IMG/VR virus record: IMGVR_UViG_3300031555_004524
Location: 128,001 to 192,000 of that record
DNA length: 64,000 nucleotides
Strand: one strand, 5' to 3'
Source of the DNA: a virus
Lineage: Duplodnaviria; Caudoviricetes
Shown here: one piece after another, positions 19,278-28,779 of the stretch
Position numbering within the stretch: the stretch's first letter is position 1
Layout of the letters: each line of letters opens with the position of its first letter
Notes under the pieces: model-generated
Databases searched by the model: none
What the model was told of the DNA's origin: nothing
Seen by the model: only the letters and a program-made list of their open reading frames with translations
Translations under genes and position numbers: made by a program

Positions 19278-19674
19278 TGCAACTATAATTGGTTTGTTCT
19301 TAATCGCTTATGAATTAAGAATAAAAAATAAAGAATCTCAAGAAAGACGTTTATTGGATGAACGTCAATTGCTATATACTATGCATATAGATAATAACGA
19401 TATGGATATATTAGATCAACTTATTATGGATAGTGTAACAGACTATAGAATTTTAAATATAGATTATGATCCACAGTTTTATATGAATAGCAATGAAGAA
19501 CAAAAAATGCTTAAAACTGTATTGGAAGATGTATTAACAAAATTATCTCCAATCATATTAGAAAGATTATCTTTATTATATAATAAAGATAAATTAGAAG
19601 ATATAATATTTAAAAAAGTCAGTATGGCAATATTATCTTGTAAGGTAGAGATAAATGGTAATTTTAAAGAATAA
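19234..19674 (+). CDS. Protein with an N-terminal TM segment
   Basis: Hydrophobic N-terminus; overlaps the upstream gene. Confidence 0.65.
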   Translation: MNMQILCGLMVLYTSATIIGLFLIAYELRIKNKESQERRLLDERQLLYTMHIDNNDMDILDQLIMDSVTDYRILNIDYDPQFYMNSNEEQKMLKTVLEDVLTKLSPIILERLSLLYNKDKLEDIIFKKVSMAILSCKVEINGNFKE

Positions 19675-19679
19675 AAAGG

Positions 19680-19707
19680 AGGAGTAGAGCAAAATAGCTC
19701 TACTCCT
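19680..19707. terminator. Bidirectional terminator
   Basis: Stem aggagtagagc/gctctactcct between convergent genes. Confidence 0.8.
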
Positions 19708-19719
19708 ATATATTTTATT

Positions 19720-20568
19720 TTAAATTGCAATTGGAATATTCTTAATTTGTGGTCCAGCTTCATAATTATCCAGTCTTACATCATCTGGTGTAAAGTCATA
19801 AAAATCTTTAATCTCAGGATTCAGCCAAAGTGTTGGCGCTGGAAGGGGCTCTCTACTGATTAATTCTTCAATTAAAGGAATATGTCTATCATATATATGA
19901 GCATCTGCTATTACATGCACAAACTCTCCAACTTGCATATCACATACTTGTGCTATCATATGTAACAATATTGCATATTGACATACATTCCAATTGTTAG
20001 CTGCAAGTACATCCTGTGAACGTTGATTTAAAATTCCATTTAATATAAGTTTATCACAATCTTTTTCTTTTGTTACATTGAATGTCATACTATATGCACA
20101 TGGATAAAGATTCATTTCATGAAGATCTTGATGTACATAGATATTTGTCATAATGCGACGACTATAAGGATTATTTTTGAGATCATATATAACTCTATCT
20201 ACTTGATCCATCATTCCTTCTTTATACTGATGCTTAATTCCAAGCTGATATCCATACGCTTTTCCAATAGAACCGTTTTCATCAGCCCAACTGTCCCAAA
20301 TATGTGGTTTTAAATCATGAATATTATTAGATTTCTTTTGCCAAATCCAAAGAATTTCATCAGTACAACTTTTTATACCAGTTTTTCTTAAAGTTAATGC
20401 TGGAAATTCTTTTCGTAAATCATAACGATTAACAACTCCAAATTTCTTAATAGTATAAGCTGGTGTTCCGTCTTCCCATTTTGGGCGCACCTTTTCACCT
20501 TCAGTGCTTGTGCCATTATCAATAATATCTCGACACATATTTATGAATACTTGATCTGCGTAACTCAT
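19720..20568 (-). CDS. thyA: Thymidylate synthase
   Basis: SRRI, LYPCAY (catalytic Cys), QRSQD, DAHIYDRH. Confidence 0.97.
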   Translation of the reverse strand: MSYADQVFINMCRDIIDNGTSTEGEKVRPKWEDGTPAYTIKKFGVVNRYDLRKEFPALTLRKTGIKSCTDEILWIWQKKSNNIHDLKPHIWDSWADENGSIGKAYGYQLGIKHQYKEGMMDQVDRVIYDLKNNPYSRRIMTNIYVHQDLHEMNLYPCAYSMTFNVTKEKDCDKLILNGILNQRSQDVLAANNWNVCQYAILLHMIAQVCDMQVGEFVHVIADAHIYDRHIPLIEELISREPLPAPTLWLNPEIKDFYDFTPDDVRLDNYEAGPQIKNIPIAI

Positions 20569-20629
20569 AGTATTTCCTCCTTTTACTATATTAATTATAT
20601 ATTTTTATCTATATAAAAAATAAAAAAAT

Positions 20630-20782
20630 AAATTGATATATAGTAGAGAGTTTAATAAGGGGAGATTATTAAACTCTCTACATATAACGATACACTTGCA
20701 ATAACTGGGAGTATTATAGTTAGTTATTGCTATATATGATAAAACCAAATAATATAAGAAGGAGAGCATCTTATATTATCAC
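20630..20782 (-). ncRNA. Predicted ~150-nt three-hairpin sRNA with C-rich anti-SD loops
   Basis: Early motif at 20787-20794; perfect stems at 20749-20779, 20698-20730 and 20643-20681; no ORF. Confidence 0.6.
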
Positions 20783-20829
20783 ATTTATAATATATAACCA
20801 AAAATACGATTATTATCAATTATATCAAT

Positions 20830-21087
20830 TTAAAATTTTCGTTTAAAAATTACCCAATCATGCATAAAATCTACATCAGCTAATAATTCTTTTACCAAAT
20901 ATGCTTCGTGAATAGATTCGTATCCAGTCGCATGATTAAAATTTTTAGCTAAAGGTATTTCATCCATATAATTATCGTTTATAGATATATCTAGTATATC
21001 CTTATTTCCAGAATAATATACAAACCTACATCCATATTTTCTATTATTTTTATATTTTTTCCTACCTATAATATAATCTGTAGCCAT
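20830..21087 (-). CDS. Hypothetical protein
   Basis: SD AGGAGG; last gene of a long minus-strand operon. Confidence 0.65.
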   Translation of the reverse strand: MATDYIIGRKKYKNNRKYGCRFVYYSGNKDILDISINDNYMDEIPLAKNFNHATGYESIHEAYLVKELLADVDFMHDWVIFKRKF

Positions 21088-21094
21088 ATTATAT

Positions 21095-21907
21095 TTACCT
21101 CCTGGATTGAAAATATATATTGGATATATATTGAAACATCATTCTTATAATATTTAAATTGTAATTTATATCTATCATCTTTTTCGATTCTTTGTCATCT
21201 AGAACTGCCCATATTTTATATTCACTATTTTTTATAGAAAACATAGAATATGAATTAAATTCCCTATAATATCCAGAATCCAATTCTAATGATACATAAT
21301 CCATATTAAACGTTATTATAGCACCAAGTGCTGATTCTACTCTACCAGATTCTACTTCATAGAATATATATTTAATAAAATCAGATAAATATTCTTCATG
21401 AATCTTATAAGAATCACCTAATCCTTTTACAACATATTGCTCTATCTTATTTATTCTATCATAATGATAAAAACATTCAACATTATTACCCAATCCAGTA
21501 AATAGCATATATGATGTATATACATGCTTTTCAATAAATTTAATAAACCCAAAATCAGTATATTGTAATGCTCTTCCAATAATAAATACAGCATCATTTT
21601 TTATACAAAGTATTTCATGATCTTGAATATTATTTGCTTCAAATAATTGTTTCTTTGCTTCAACAATACCTTGTTTCAATGCTTTATCTATTTTTTCATC
21701 TTTCTGTAACATGCCAATTTCAACTTGTCGTACTTCTCTTGGGGCTACTAATAATCTATTATATAGTTTCTCCGATATTAACCCTTTAGAATATAATATA
21801 CTTATATTTGCTTTCTGTATATCATATTCTCTAATAAAATTATTAAAAATATATGGGATCTGAGAGTGATAATTCACTCTCTCCCATAAGTATTGTTGCT
21901 TTTGCAT
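21095..21907 (-). CDS. Small family-B DNA polymerase-like (palm) protein
   Basis: IREYDIQKANISIL (motif A-like) and IKNDAVF (motif C-like); no exonuclease domain. Confidence 0.55.
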   Translation of the reverse strand: MQKQQYLWERVNYHSQIPYIFNNFIREYDIQKANISILYSKGLISEKLYNRLLVAPREVRQVEIGMLQKDEKIDKALKQGIVEAKKQLFEANNIQDHEILCIKNDAVFIIGRALQYTDFGFIKFIEKHVYTSYMLFTGLGNNVECFYHYDRINKIEQYVVKGLGDSYKIHEEYLSDFIKYIFYEVESGRVESALGAIITFNMDYVSLELDSGYYREFNSYSMFSIKNSEYKIWAVLDDKESKKMIDINYNLNIIRMMFQYISNIYFQSRR

Positions 21908-21919
21908 ATATAACAACCT

Positions 21920-22420
21920 CTATCCAATTTGCATTTTTGTAACTAAATATGCATATCTAGCATTATCTGAATCCAAAAAAGATAATCCTTGAATGGAGAA
22001 TGATCCTTTTTCGTTTTCAGATAATGAACTAAGTGGCATTATATCTTCAGGTTCATTAATAATTATACAATTATATCCATATCTATTATAAATAAGATTG
22101 CTTAATAAATCAAATATTAACGAATCTGGTTTTGTTAAAATAACCACATCTTCCCCATTATATAATAATGTAATTATTTGCATTATTGTTAAAAATAACC
22201 CATCGTTATAAATGATATAATCTTCAAAAGCTTTTTCTTGATGAGAATATTCCAGACGAACAATTTCGTCTGGAATATCTATATTTAACTTATTACTAGT
22301 TATACCTAATGGAGTAATCATGCCTACTATATTGCTATTATTATCAAGCTCAAACACGTTTATATTAGGATAATTATATCGTGTCCAATATAAACAATCT
22401 GCTGGTTCGAAAATAAGCAT
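21920..22420 (-). CDS. Hypothetical protein
   Basis: SD GGAGG favours the start at 22420. Confidence 0.65.
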   Translation of the reverse strand: MLIFEPADCLYWTRYNYPNINVFELDNNSNIVGMITPLGITSNKLNIDIPDEIVRLEYSHQEKAFEDYIIYNDGLFLTIMQIITLLYNGEDVVILTKPDSLIFDLLSNLIYNRYGYNCIIINEPEDIMPLSSLSENEKGSFSIQGLSFLDSDNARYAYLVTKMQIG

Positions 22421-22424
22421 TATA

Positions 22425-23087
22425 TTATACCTCCATCTTTGTAAATAATGGCATCTGTACACCTTGATTTCTGCAGCTTAATAATTTATCTTTATAATCT
22501 CCAACAAGTTTAACAAATGTCATATCATCTACATTAACAGGAATATGCCATTTTTCGCATAACTCCTGTCTTAATCTTCCAATTGTTACTGGGTCTAATG
22601 TGTCTACAATCATTACATAATCAACACCATTAATTATATTATATGCATATAATAACTGAGCATTGAACATGTCATATCCTTCATCATATCCAGCTGCTGT
22701 ACTTGTAGTTTCAACAGATATACCAAAGTTGTATAAGAAATGATCCAATAAAATATCAGAATATCCAAATTCTAATACATCTTTTGGGAAATATAATACA
22801 ATATTTGCTCCCATATATAAAGACCCAATAATAGATGCAAACATTTCATTTGCAGCTTTTTGTCTAAGTGTATGTTTATATGCTCCAGCAAAATCTTTCT
22901 GTCTGCCATCAACAAACATTCCCAATTCAGCATAACTTGGAACTAATGATGCTGCTTTACAGAATCTAATTCCATGAGGATCAGTATCCATAGGATCACC
23001 CATATAGATAGCCTGAGCCCCCTGTTTGATGAAACTATATACAACTTCAATATTTGAAGTTGCATGAATTTTTCCTTTAATAATCAT
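22425..23087 (-). CDS. Hypothetical protein
   Basis: SD GGGAGG; lies within the operon. Confidence 0.7.
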   Translation of the reverse strand: MIIKGKIHATSNIEVVYSFIKQGAQAIYMGDPMDTDPHGIRFCKAASLVPSYAELGMFVDGRQKDFAGAYKHTLRQKAANEMFASIIGSLYMGANIVLYFPKDVLEFGYSDILLDHFLYNFGISVETTSTAAGYDEGYDMFNAQLLYAYNIINGVDYVMIVDTLDPVTIGRLRQELCEKWHIPVNVDDMTFVKLVGDYKDKLLSCRNQGVQMPLFTKMEV

Positions 23088-23113
23088 AATATAAACCTCC
23101 CTATTATATATTT

Positions 23114-24454
23114 TTAATATCCTGAAATTGTTCCATTGATATTGATTGTTTCATGTTTAACTTCTTCATCTCTACCACTTACAACAATCTTATCAATAAT
23201 TTCAACTTCTGGTTCTGACTTATTACATTTGCAGTTTCCATCACATTTTCCATCACATTCGCATTGATGATCTTTTGTAACTTCAACTGCGTTTGAATCA
23301 ACTACATTTCCTTCATAATAGTATGGTTCTGCAACTGGAATATCTGCAGGTTCTACTACTTCTGCAACTACTTCATCCTGGACAGGTTCATTTTTAGAAT
23401 ACATAGTTTTATTTAACCCATTTCCATATTCAGAAGAAGGTCTACTATTCTGATTAACTGGTGAATATATATTAACTTCAACTTTATGTTTCTTAGGCTC
23501 TTCCTTTACAATAGTATCTAAAGAATCAGCTTTCTCTTTTATCGGATCTTCAATACTAATCTTCGGAAGCTTGCGTTTCTTTTCTTCTCTAATAGGTTTT
23601 GTTGGTAATACATCTGAAGCGTTTGTTGTTTTAATAACTTTAACTACTTCATTACCCTGATAAATTTCAATTCTCATACCTTTACCTCCTCTTTTTTGTA
23701 TGATTATATCTTTAGTCTCTTCCAATTTTTGTAATTCTTGTGCAATATATCTAGCACCACATTTGGTACATATTAGATGGTTAAAACCTGCGTCATAATC
23801 TATTTCCCCTCCACATATGTGTCTATCAGAAATTTTCTTTTGACAAAATATTTTATTTCCATCTAATTCATATACGTATGGAAAATCTAGAAATACTACA
23901 CCAAATCCTTCTCTCACTCCAACATTTTGGAAGAATCTTGTACCTATATCATCCATAACATATTTACCTATAATCTTTGTATTGATTACATCAAATACAT
24001 CAGATGCAATATAAGCATATTCTTCTAATGTTTGAACTGGATTTACTCTTTCAAATAAACCTACAGTTCCACATGGACTAACTTCAAAACATTTTGTAAC
24101 AAAAGGAGCTAATAAAAATTGATTATAATATTCTCTTGGGGAGTCTTTCAAACCAACTCTATCTAATGCTACTTTTATTACAATTCTAGTATCTTCTAAA
24201 TGTTTATATACAACTCTGTTAGTACCAGAAGCCAATTTCTTAAATCCTCTTGGTACTAATATATCGTTAATTAGTTGATACTTTAACTTTGGTTTTGATG
24301 TATATTTTATACTTAATGCAATATTATTAAGTTGCTGTATGTCTTGAGGTGTAAGATATGTTAATAATGGTCTTGCTGATAATGCATCAAAAGAAAAATC
24401 TAATGGATTCATATCTTTTGTATATAGCATATCTAGCACAGTAATTCTTGCCAT
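23114..24454 (-). CDS. Protein kinase-like protein with zinc ribbon and low-complexity tail
   Basis: LASGTNRVVY (Gly-loop), VIKVA, DDIGTRFFQNVG, VFLDFPY, then C...CGG...CTKCG. Confidence 0.65.
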   Translation of the reverse strand: MARITVLDMLYTKDMNPLDFSFDALSARPLLTYLTPQDIQQLNNIALSIKYTSKPKLKYQLINDILVPRGFKKLASGTNRVVYKHLEDTRIVIKVALDRVGLKDSPREYYNQFLLAPFVTKCFEVSPCGTVGLFERVNPVQTLEEYAYIASDVFDVINTKIIGKYVMDDIGTRFFQNVGVREGFGVVFLDFPYVYELDGNKIFCQKKISDRHICGGEIDYDAGFNHLICTKCGARYIAQELQKLEETKDIIIQKRGGKGMRIEIYQGNEVVKVIKTTNASDVLPTKPIREEKKRKLPKISIEDPIKEKADSLDTIVKEEPKKHKVEVNIYSPVNQNSRPSSEYGNGLNKTMYSKNEPVQDEVVAEVVEPADIPVAEPYYYEGNVVDSNAVEVTKDHQCECDGKCDGNCKCNKSEPEVEIIDKIVVSGRDEEVKHETININGTISGY

Positions 24455-24466
24455 ATATTACACCTC

Positions 24467-25249
24467 CTATAATCTTACAGGATTACTATCCACAATAGCT
24501 TTAATAAATTGAGCTCGTCTTTCTTCATATTCATTTTTCAGCTTTTGTGGTAATGATATTTCTAAGTCATCTACAGTTACCATTGGATTAAATATTGGAT
24601 TTGTGTTATTATTTAGATTATGCATACTAATTAATTCAGCAAAGCTTTCATGATTATATAATCTACCTATATTTCTGCTCTGCGATTCATATTTTGCTTT
24701 AACAACCATTTCCATATATCTATCAGTAGCTATACCTTCCAAGAATTCTATTAGTGATTCATTTTTACTTTGATTTGATTCACTATTTGCAGTTTGTGCT
24801 AATTGATAATAATATTGTTCTCTTTGCACTTGCTGCACTTCATTTAAATAAGATAATCGTTCCATATTCATATCATGCATTTCTCTTTTATAAATCTTCT
24901 GCATATTCTCCAATGAATATTGACTATCTAGAGTTTCTTGATCAACGATACCATTATTAAAATAAAATTCAGACGCTCTCACTAATCTTTTTCTAAGATT
25001 GATACCGCTGTTATATTCTCTTTTTCTCCTTTCTTCCTCTTCTTCTTGCATTCGTCTAATCTCTAATGGATCATACGATACATACCCATAACCATATCCA
25101 AAATTATATCCTCCGCTATATCCAGCACCACCAATAGGGACAGCATTTTGATATGCTGTCCCGTAATATGGCTGTGTATATTGTTGAGGTGAGTAACTCT
25201 GCTGTTGTTGTAATAGGTATGGATTTGTTATTCCTTGATTATATTGCAT
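24467..25249 (-). CDS. Hypothetical protein with Q/Y/G-rich N-terminus
   Basis: SD AAGGAGG favours the start at 25249. Confidence 0.7.
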   Translation of the reverse strand: MQYNQGITNPYLLQQQQSYSPQQYTQPYYGTAYQNAVPIGGAGYSGGYNFGYGYGYVSYDPLEIRRMQEEEEERRKREYNSGINLRKRLVRASEFYFNNGIVDQETLDSQYSLENMQKIYKREMHDMNMERLSYLNEVQQVQREQYYYQLAQTANSESNQSKNESLIEFLEGIATDRYMEMVVKAKYESQSRNIGRLYNHESFAELISMHNLNNNTNPIFNPMVTVDDLEISLPQKLKNEYEERRAQFIKAIVDSNPVRL

Positions 25250-25312
25250 GGAATTTATCCTCCTTCTATTATATAATATACTATTCAAAAATATATTCTA
25301 TAATACAAGATT

Positions 25313-26266
25313 TTAATAACCTTCTTCTACATTAAAGAATTCATCATCATAATTATTAGGTCTAGAATTAACATATGATCTAAGAGATTTTTGATCTACA
25401 AATATAGGAATAATTTTAGTCAATATTTCATCTATAGTATGAGATATTGCATCATGTAATGAAGTAAGACAATCATTTACTATAGTTGTCATTATTTTCT
25501 CAACAGTTTCATATCCGATAATACCAATCATATTACATAATTTAATATGAATATTATCATATAATATAACAATTACTTTATTTGGAATTTCTATATGATA
25601 TCTTGTATATGTTTCAACCACATTATCCATACTTGAATTTTCTGGTATATTATATGCGTCTACTTCTCTATATACAGTCTGATATATAACTTGATATATA
25701 GATGAATTTGAACCTGATACGTTATATGAATCCTTTACAATATTACTAAGAAGATTTTGTGATAATGTAATCGTATCAAATTCTGGAAATTCTTTCTTAA
25801 TAATTTCAAACATGTAAGACATATAAGCTGTAATAAGATCCAGAACAATAGTAGCAATATATCCTCTAAATGTCTGATCATTAATATATACTTCTGCATT
25901 TATTTCATTTTTAAAAGTATGCTCAGATATAATACCAGTTCTAACCAAATCTAATAAGTCATAAATATAATTTTTACTAAAATCTCCTTTCTGAATTAAT
26001 AGATGATCATATACTGATAATGATTTACTATCACCAAATTCAATAACATTTTTATTTTTAGTAATACCTACTGGCTCATAATAAAACTCTTTATCACTTT
26101 TTGTAATTTTAGTCATATCAGTATTAGGTGTTATTGGAGTTGGAATAATTTCCTGCAAGGGTTCTAATTTTTTAAACAATTTAATCAATGCTTTAGAAGG
26201 TTTAGCAACTTCTTTTTCATTTTCCACTAAAACTGGGTATTCCTTTTTCATTTCTTTTTTCTTCAT
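25313..26266 (-). CDS. Hypothetical protein
   Basis: SD GAGG; late promoter at 26310-26321. Confidence 0.7.
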   Translation of the reverse strand: MKKKEMKKEYPVLVENEKEVAKPSKALIKLFKKLEPLQEIIPTPITPNTDMTKITKSDKEFYYEPVGITKNKNVIEFGDSKSLSVYDHLLIQKGDFSKNYIYDLLDLVRTGIISEHTFKNEINAEVYINDQTFRGYIATIVLDLITAYMSYMFEIIKKEFPEFDTITLSQNLLSNIVKDSYNVSGSNSSIYQVIYQTVYREVDAYNIPENSSMDNVVETYTRYHIEIPNKVIVILYDNIHIKLCNMIGIIGYETVEKIMTTIVNDCLTSLHDAISHTIDEILTKIIPIFVDQKSLRSYVNSRPNNYDDEFFNVEEGY

Positions 26267-26332
26267 TTTTCTCTACCTCACTTTTATCCTTTTATTTTTA
26301 TTTTATGGTTATAGTGCTGTTTAATGTTTAAA

Positions 26333-26728
26333 TCATATCTTATAAATTCCAGCTTCAATATTTTGTGTAAATATATGAATTAAATTATATAATTGATCAA
26401 ATTTGAATATTTTATTTCTAATAAATGCAAATTTAGCATATTTTTTCGGATGGTATATAATTTTATTATATATAAATTTACATAAAATATATTTAGAACC
26501 TGTTGTGGTTATATTATACAATATTCCCACAGGGACACTATCTACAATTTTTGCCAATTCAGGTTTATCATCATCTGCAGAGGTGCCACATAATTTATCA
26601 CAAAGGTAATCTTTTAATAATTCTTTTATATAAATTATACGCTGATAATTAGTACAATCGCTAAATGTATCAGAATTTACAATAATTGTGCGTTCTGATT
26701 CTGAACTTATTATTTCAATTCTACACAT
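26333..26728 (-). CDS. Hypothetical protein
   Basis: SD AAGGAG; follows the RNase H gene. Confidence 0.6.
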   Translation of the reverse strand: MCRIEIISSESERTIIVNSDTFSDCTNYQRIIYIKELLKDYLCDKLCGTSADDDKPELAKIVDSVPVGILYNITTTGSKYILCKFIYNKIIYHPKKYAKFAFIRNKIFKFDQLYNLIHIFTQNIEAGIYKI

Positions 26729-26733
26729 AACTA

Positions 26734-27411
26734 TCAACTCCTTCCTATTAATTTAAAATATTTTTCAAAATCAATATTATCTGAATATACAGATTTGAAT
26801 AAATAATCCCGTTTACAATCCAATGCAACTTTTTTACCTATTAATAGCTGATCTCTTGTAAATCGGTCTATATCACTATTACATTTCATAAGAAACATAG
26901 CAAAAGCCATATCTAAATTAATATGATTATCTCGCTGAAAATCATTCATAAATTTTTGAACATGGCGTTTATTATTACAATCTTTATGTCCATCTACATG
27001 GTAAAATCTAACGTTAATATTATAATACGTTATAATCTTTATACAATCTAAAAATATAGATTGATTGGCAACTTCCATTCCCGATGATGAATACATTTTT
27101 CCACTGCGTACATTTTTTATCCAATTTTTAATCCAATCATTTAATCCATTTACTGTAATTAATGAATCTGAAAATATATTTATATTTTTAACCTGTGGAA
27201 AATTTGCTGCATATAATAATGCCATTTTTATAGCATATACTTCTCCTTCATTATTAGTAGAATTTAATAAGCATTTAGATAAAGCATGACATGGTTCATT
27301 TCCATAATATGCTATATATCCAGGTGCAGAAAATATTCCATCTACTGAAGCATCTGTAAATATATTCAAAGTATCATAGGTAAATACCATACTTTTTTCT
27401 AATATTGGCAT
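26734..27411 (-). CDS. rnhA: Ribonuclease HI
   Basis: IFTDAS, STNNEGE, IFSDS, W-x-x-x-W, VANQ, HVDGH, NSDID. Confidence 0.9.
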   Translation of the reverse strand: MPILEKSMVFTYDTLNIFTDASVDGIFSAPGYIAYYGNEPCHALSKCLLNSTNNEGEVYAIKMALLYAANFPQVKNINIFSDSLITVNGLNDWIKNWIKNVRSGKMYSSSGMEVANQSIFLDCIKIITYYNINVRFYHVDGHKDCNNKRHVQKFMNDFQRDNHINLDMAFAMFLMKCNSDIDRFTRDQLLIGKKVALDCKRDYLFKSVYSDNIDFEKYFKLIGRS

Positions 27412-27435
27412 ATAATCCTCCTTTTTATGATAAAA

Positions 27436-27466
27436 TATCCAGGTATACTTTAAGTATACCTGGATA
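27436..27466 (-). terminator. Intrinsic terminator/palindrome
   Basis: Stem tatccaggtatactt/aagtatacctggata. Confidence 0.75.
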
Positions 27467-27482
27467 ATATTTATTTATTACT

Positions 27483-28016
27483 TTAATATGTAATTTCTTC
27501 CCATCCGAATCTAGAAACTATTGTATCATCTGGTAAAGCTTTTGGTGAGAATGCAGTATATGAGAGTTCAATACCTTCATATTCATCTCTATTATCTCTT
27601 CTAATTTTTAATGTCCATCCAAACTGGAACCCTTTATCTGTTTTAACTACACATCTATTTGATGATACCTGAATGGACCAAAATGGATTTTCTCCACCAA
27701 TTTTCATTTCTGGAACATTCTGTGTGAATTGATTAATGATCATATTTTTGCAGTCATCTGCAGTTAACTGATCAAATTCAAGCCCAAATGATTCATAATC
27801 AAAAAACTGTTTAATTTCTGGACAAAGATTGTATAAATCTGTTAAGATATAATCCATATATACATTTCCTGAATTATCCATTTCGATATCTACAATATTT
27901 TTTCTGAATGTAGTTGGTTTGAATCTTTCCACTTTCTGAGGTTTTTTATTATATTTTTTACCTCCATCATTATTTCTTGTTCTGTTTTTAAATTCTTTCA
28001 TTGATTTTGTTGACAT
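27483..28016 (-). CDS. Hypothetical early protein with basic N-terminus
   Basis: SD AAAGGAG; early motif at 28077-28084. Confidence 0.75.
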   Translation of the reverse strand: MSTKSMKEFKNRTRNNDGGKKYNKKPQKVERFKPTTFRKNIVDIEMDNSGNVYMDYILTDLYNLCPEIKQFFDYESFGLEFDQLTADDCKNMIINQFTQNVPEMKIGGENPFWSIQVSSNRCVVKTDKGFQFGWTLKIRRDNRDEYEGIELSYTAFSPKALPDDTIVSRFGWEEITY

Positions 28017-28089
28017 AATGCGTTGCTCTCCTTTTAGACTATAGAATTATTTTATTATTAAGATATTATCATAAAAATAATATATAACT

Positions 28090-28229
28090 AAAACACAAAA
28101 TAACCAGGATAGAAATTAATCTATCCTGGTTATTGTATATAATAATATGAAGGATTATACCAATATCAAACATGGAATATATGATATCAGAAGGCAATAA
28201 TTTTTGATGTTTGATATATGCAGCTTCAT
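28090..28229 (-). ncRNA. Array sRNA unit 1 (predicted)
   Basis: AACA-N6-TA at 28229-28240; long internal stem; terminator hairpin 28099-28134. Confidence 0.6.
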
Positions 28230-28251
28230 AATATTATGTTGTATAAAATAA

Positions 28252-28366
28252 TTGGAGATGTCCCTCTAGTAATAAAGTACTAGAGGGTTACAGTCATGAA
28301 AAAAAAATCATTTTTACTACCTACATATATAATTTGAAGTTATACCATGTAAATACTATCCGTCCT
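28252..28366 (-). ncRNA. Array sRNA unit 2 (predicted)
   Basis: AACA-N6-TA at 28366-28377; stem with G-U pairs on the minus strand; 3' hairpin 28262-28287. Confidence 0.6.
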
Positions 28367-28401
28367 ACTATAATGTTATTATATTTATTAAAAAATATTT
28401 T

Positions 28402-28527
28402 GTTAGGAAGTCACCTCTAGCAAAATATATGCTAGAGGTAAAACAAAAGGTATTGGGTCATAAAATGATAAAAAAGATATACAAAAATGATAGAAATCGG
28501 CGAGTGAGCGTCGATAATAATCATTCT
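28402..28527 (-). ncRNA. Array sRNA unit 3 (predicted)
   Basis: AACA-N6-TA at 28527-28538; 5' stem at +1; 3' hairpin 28413-28439. Confidence 0.6.
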
Positions 28528-28557
28528 AATTAATTGTTTATAATAGTGTAATAAAAT

Positions 28558-28750
28558 ACATGAGAAATCCCAGTAGTATTACACTACTGGGAAACTCATT
28601 AATCAAGGAAATTCTGCCAAAATTAAAACTGATTAACATGAAGATTTTAAAAAATGTCATTTTCAGGAGAAATAAAAATGATACTCTTTGCTATTTTATA
28701 AATCCATCTTACATATTATAGCTAGTAATAGTATATATCATACTATACTT
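28558..28750 (-). ncRNA. Array sRNA unit 4 (predicted)
   Basis: AACA-N6-TA at 28750-28761; 5' stem at +1; AUUUCUCCUG loop; 3' hairpin 28568-28592. Confidence 0.6.
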
Positions 28751-28779
28751 ATATTATTGTTACATATAATGTAATTTTT

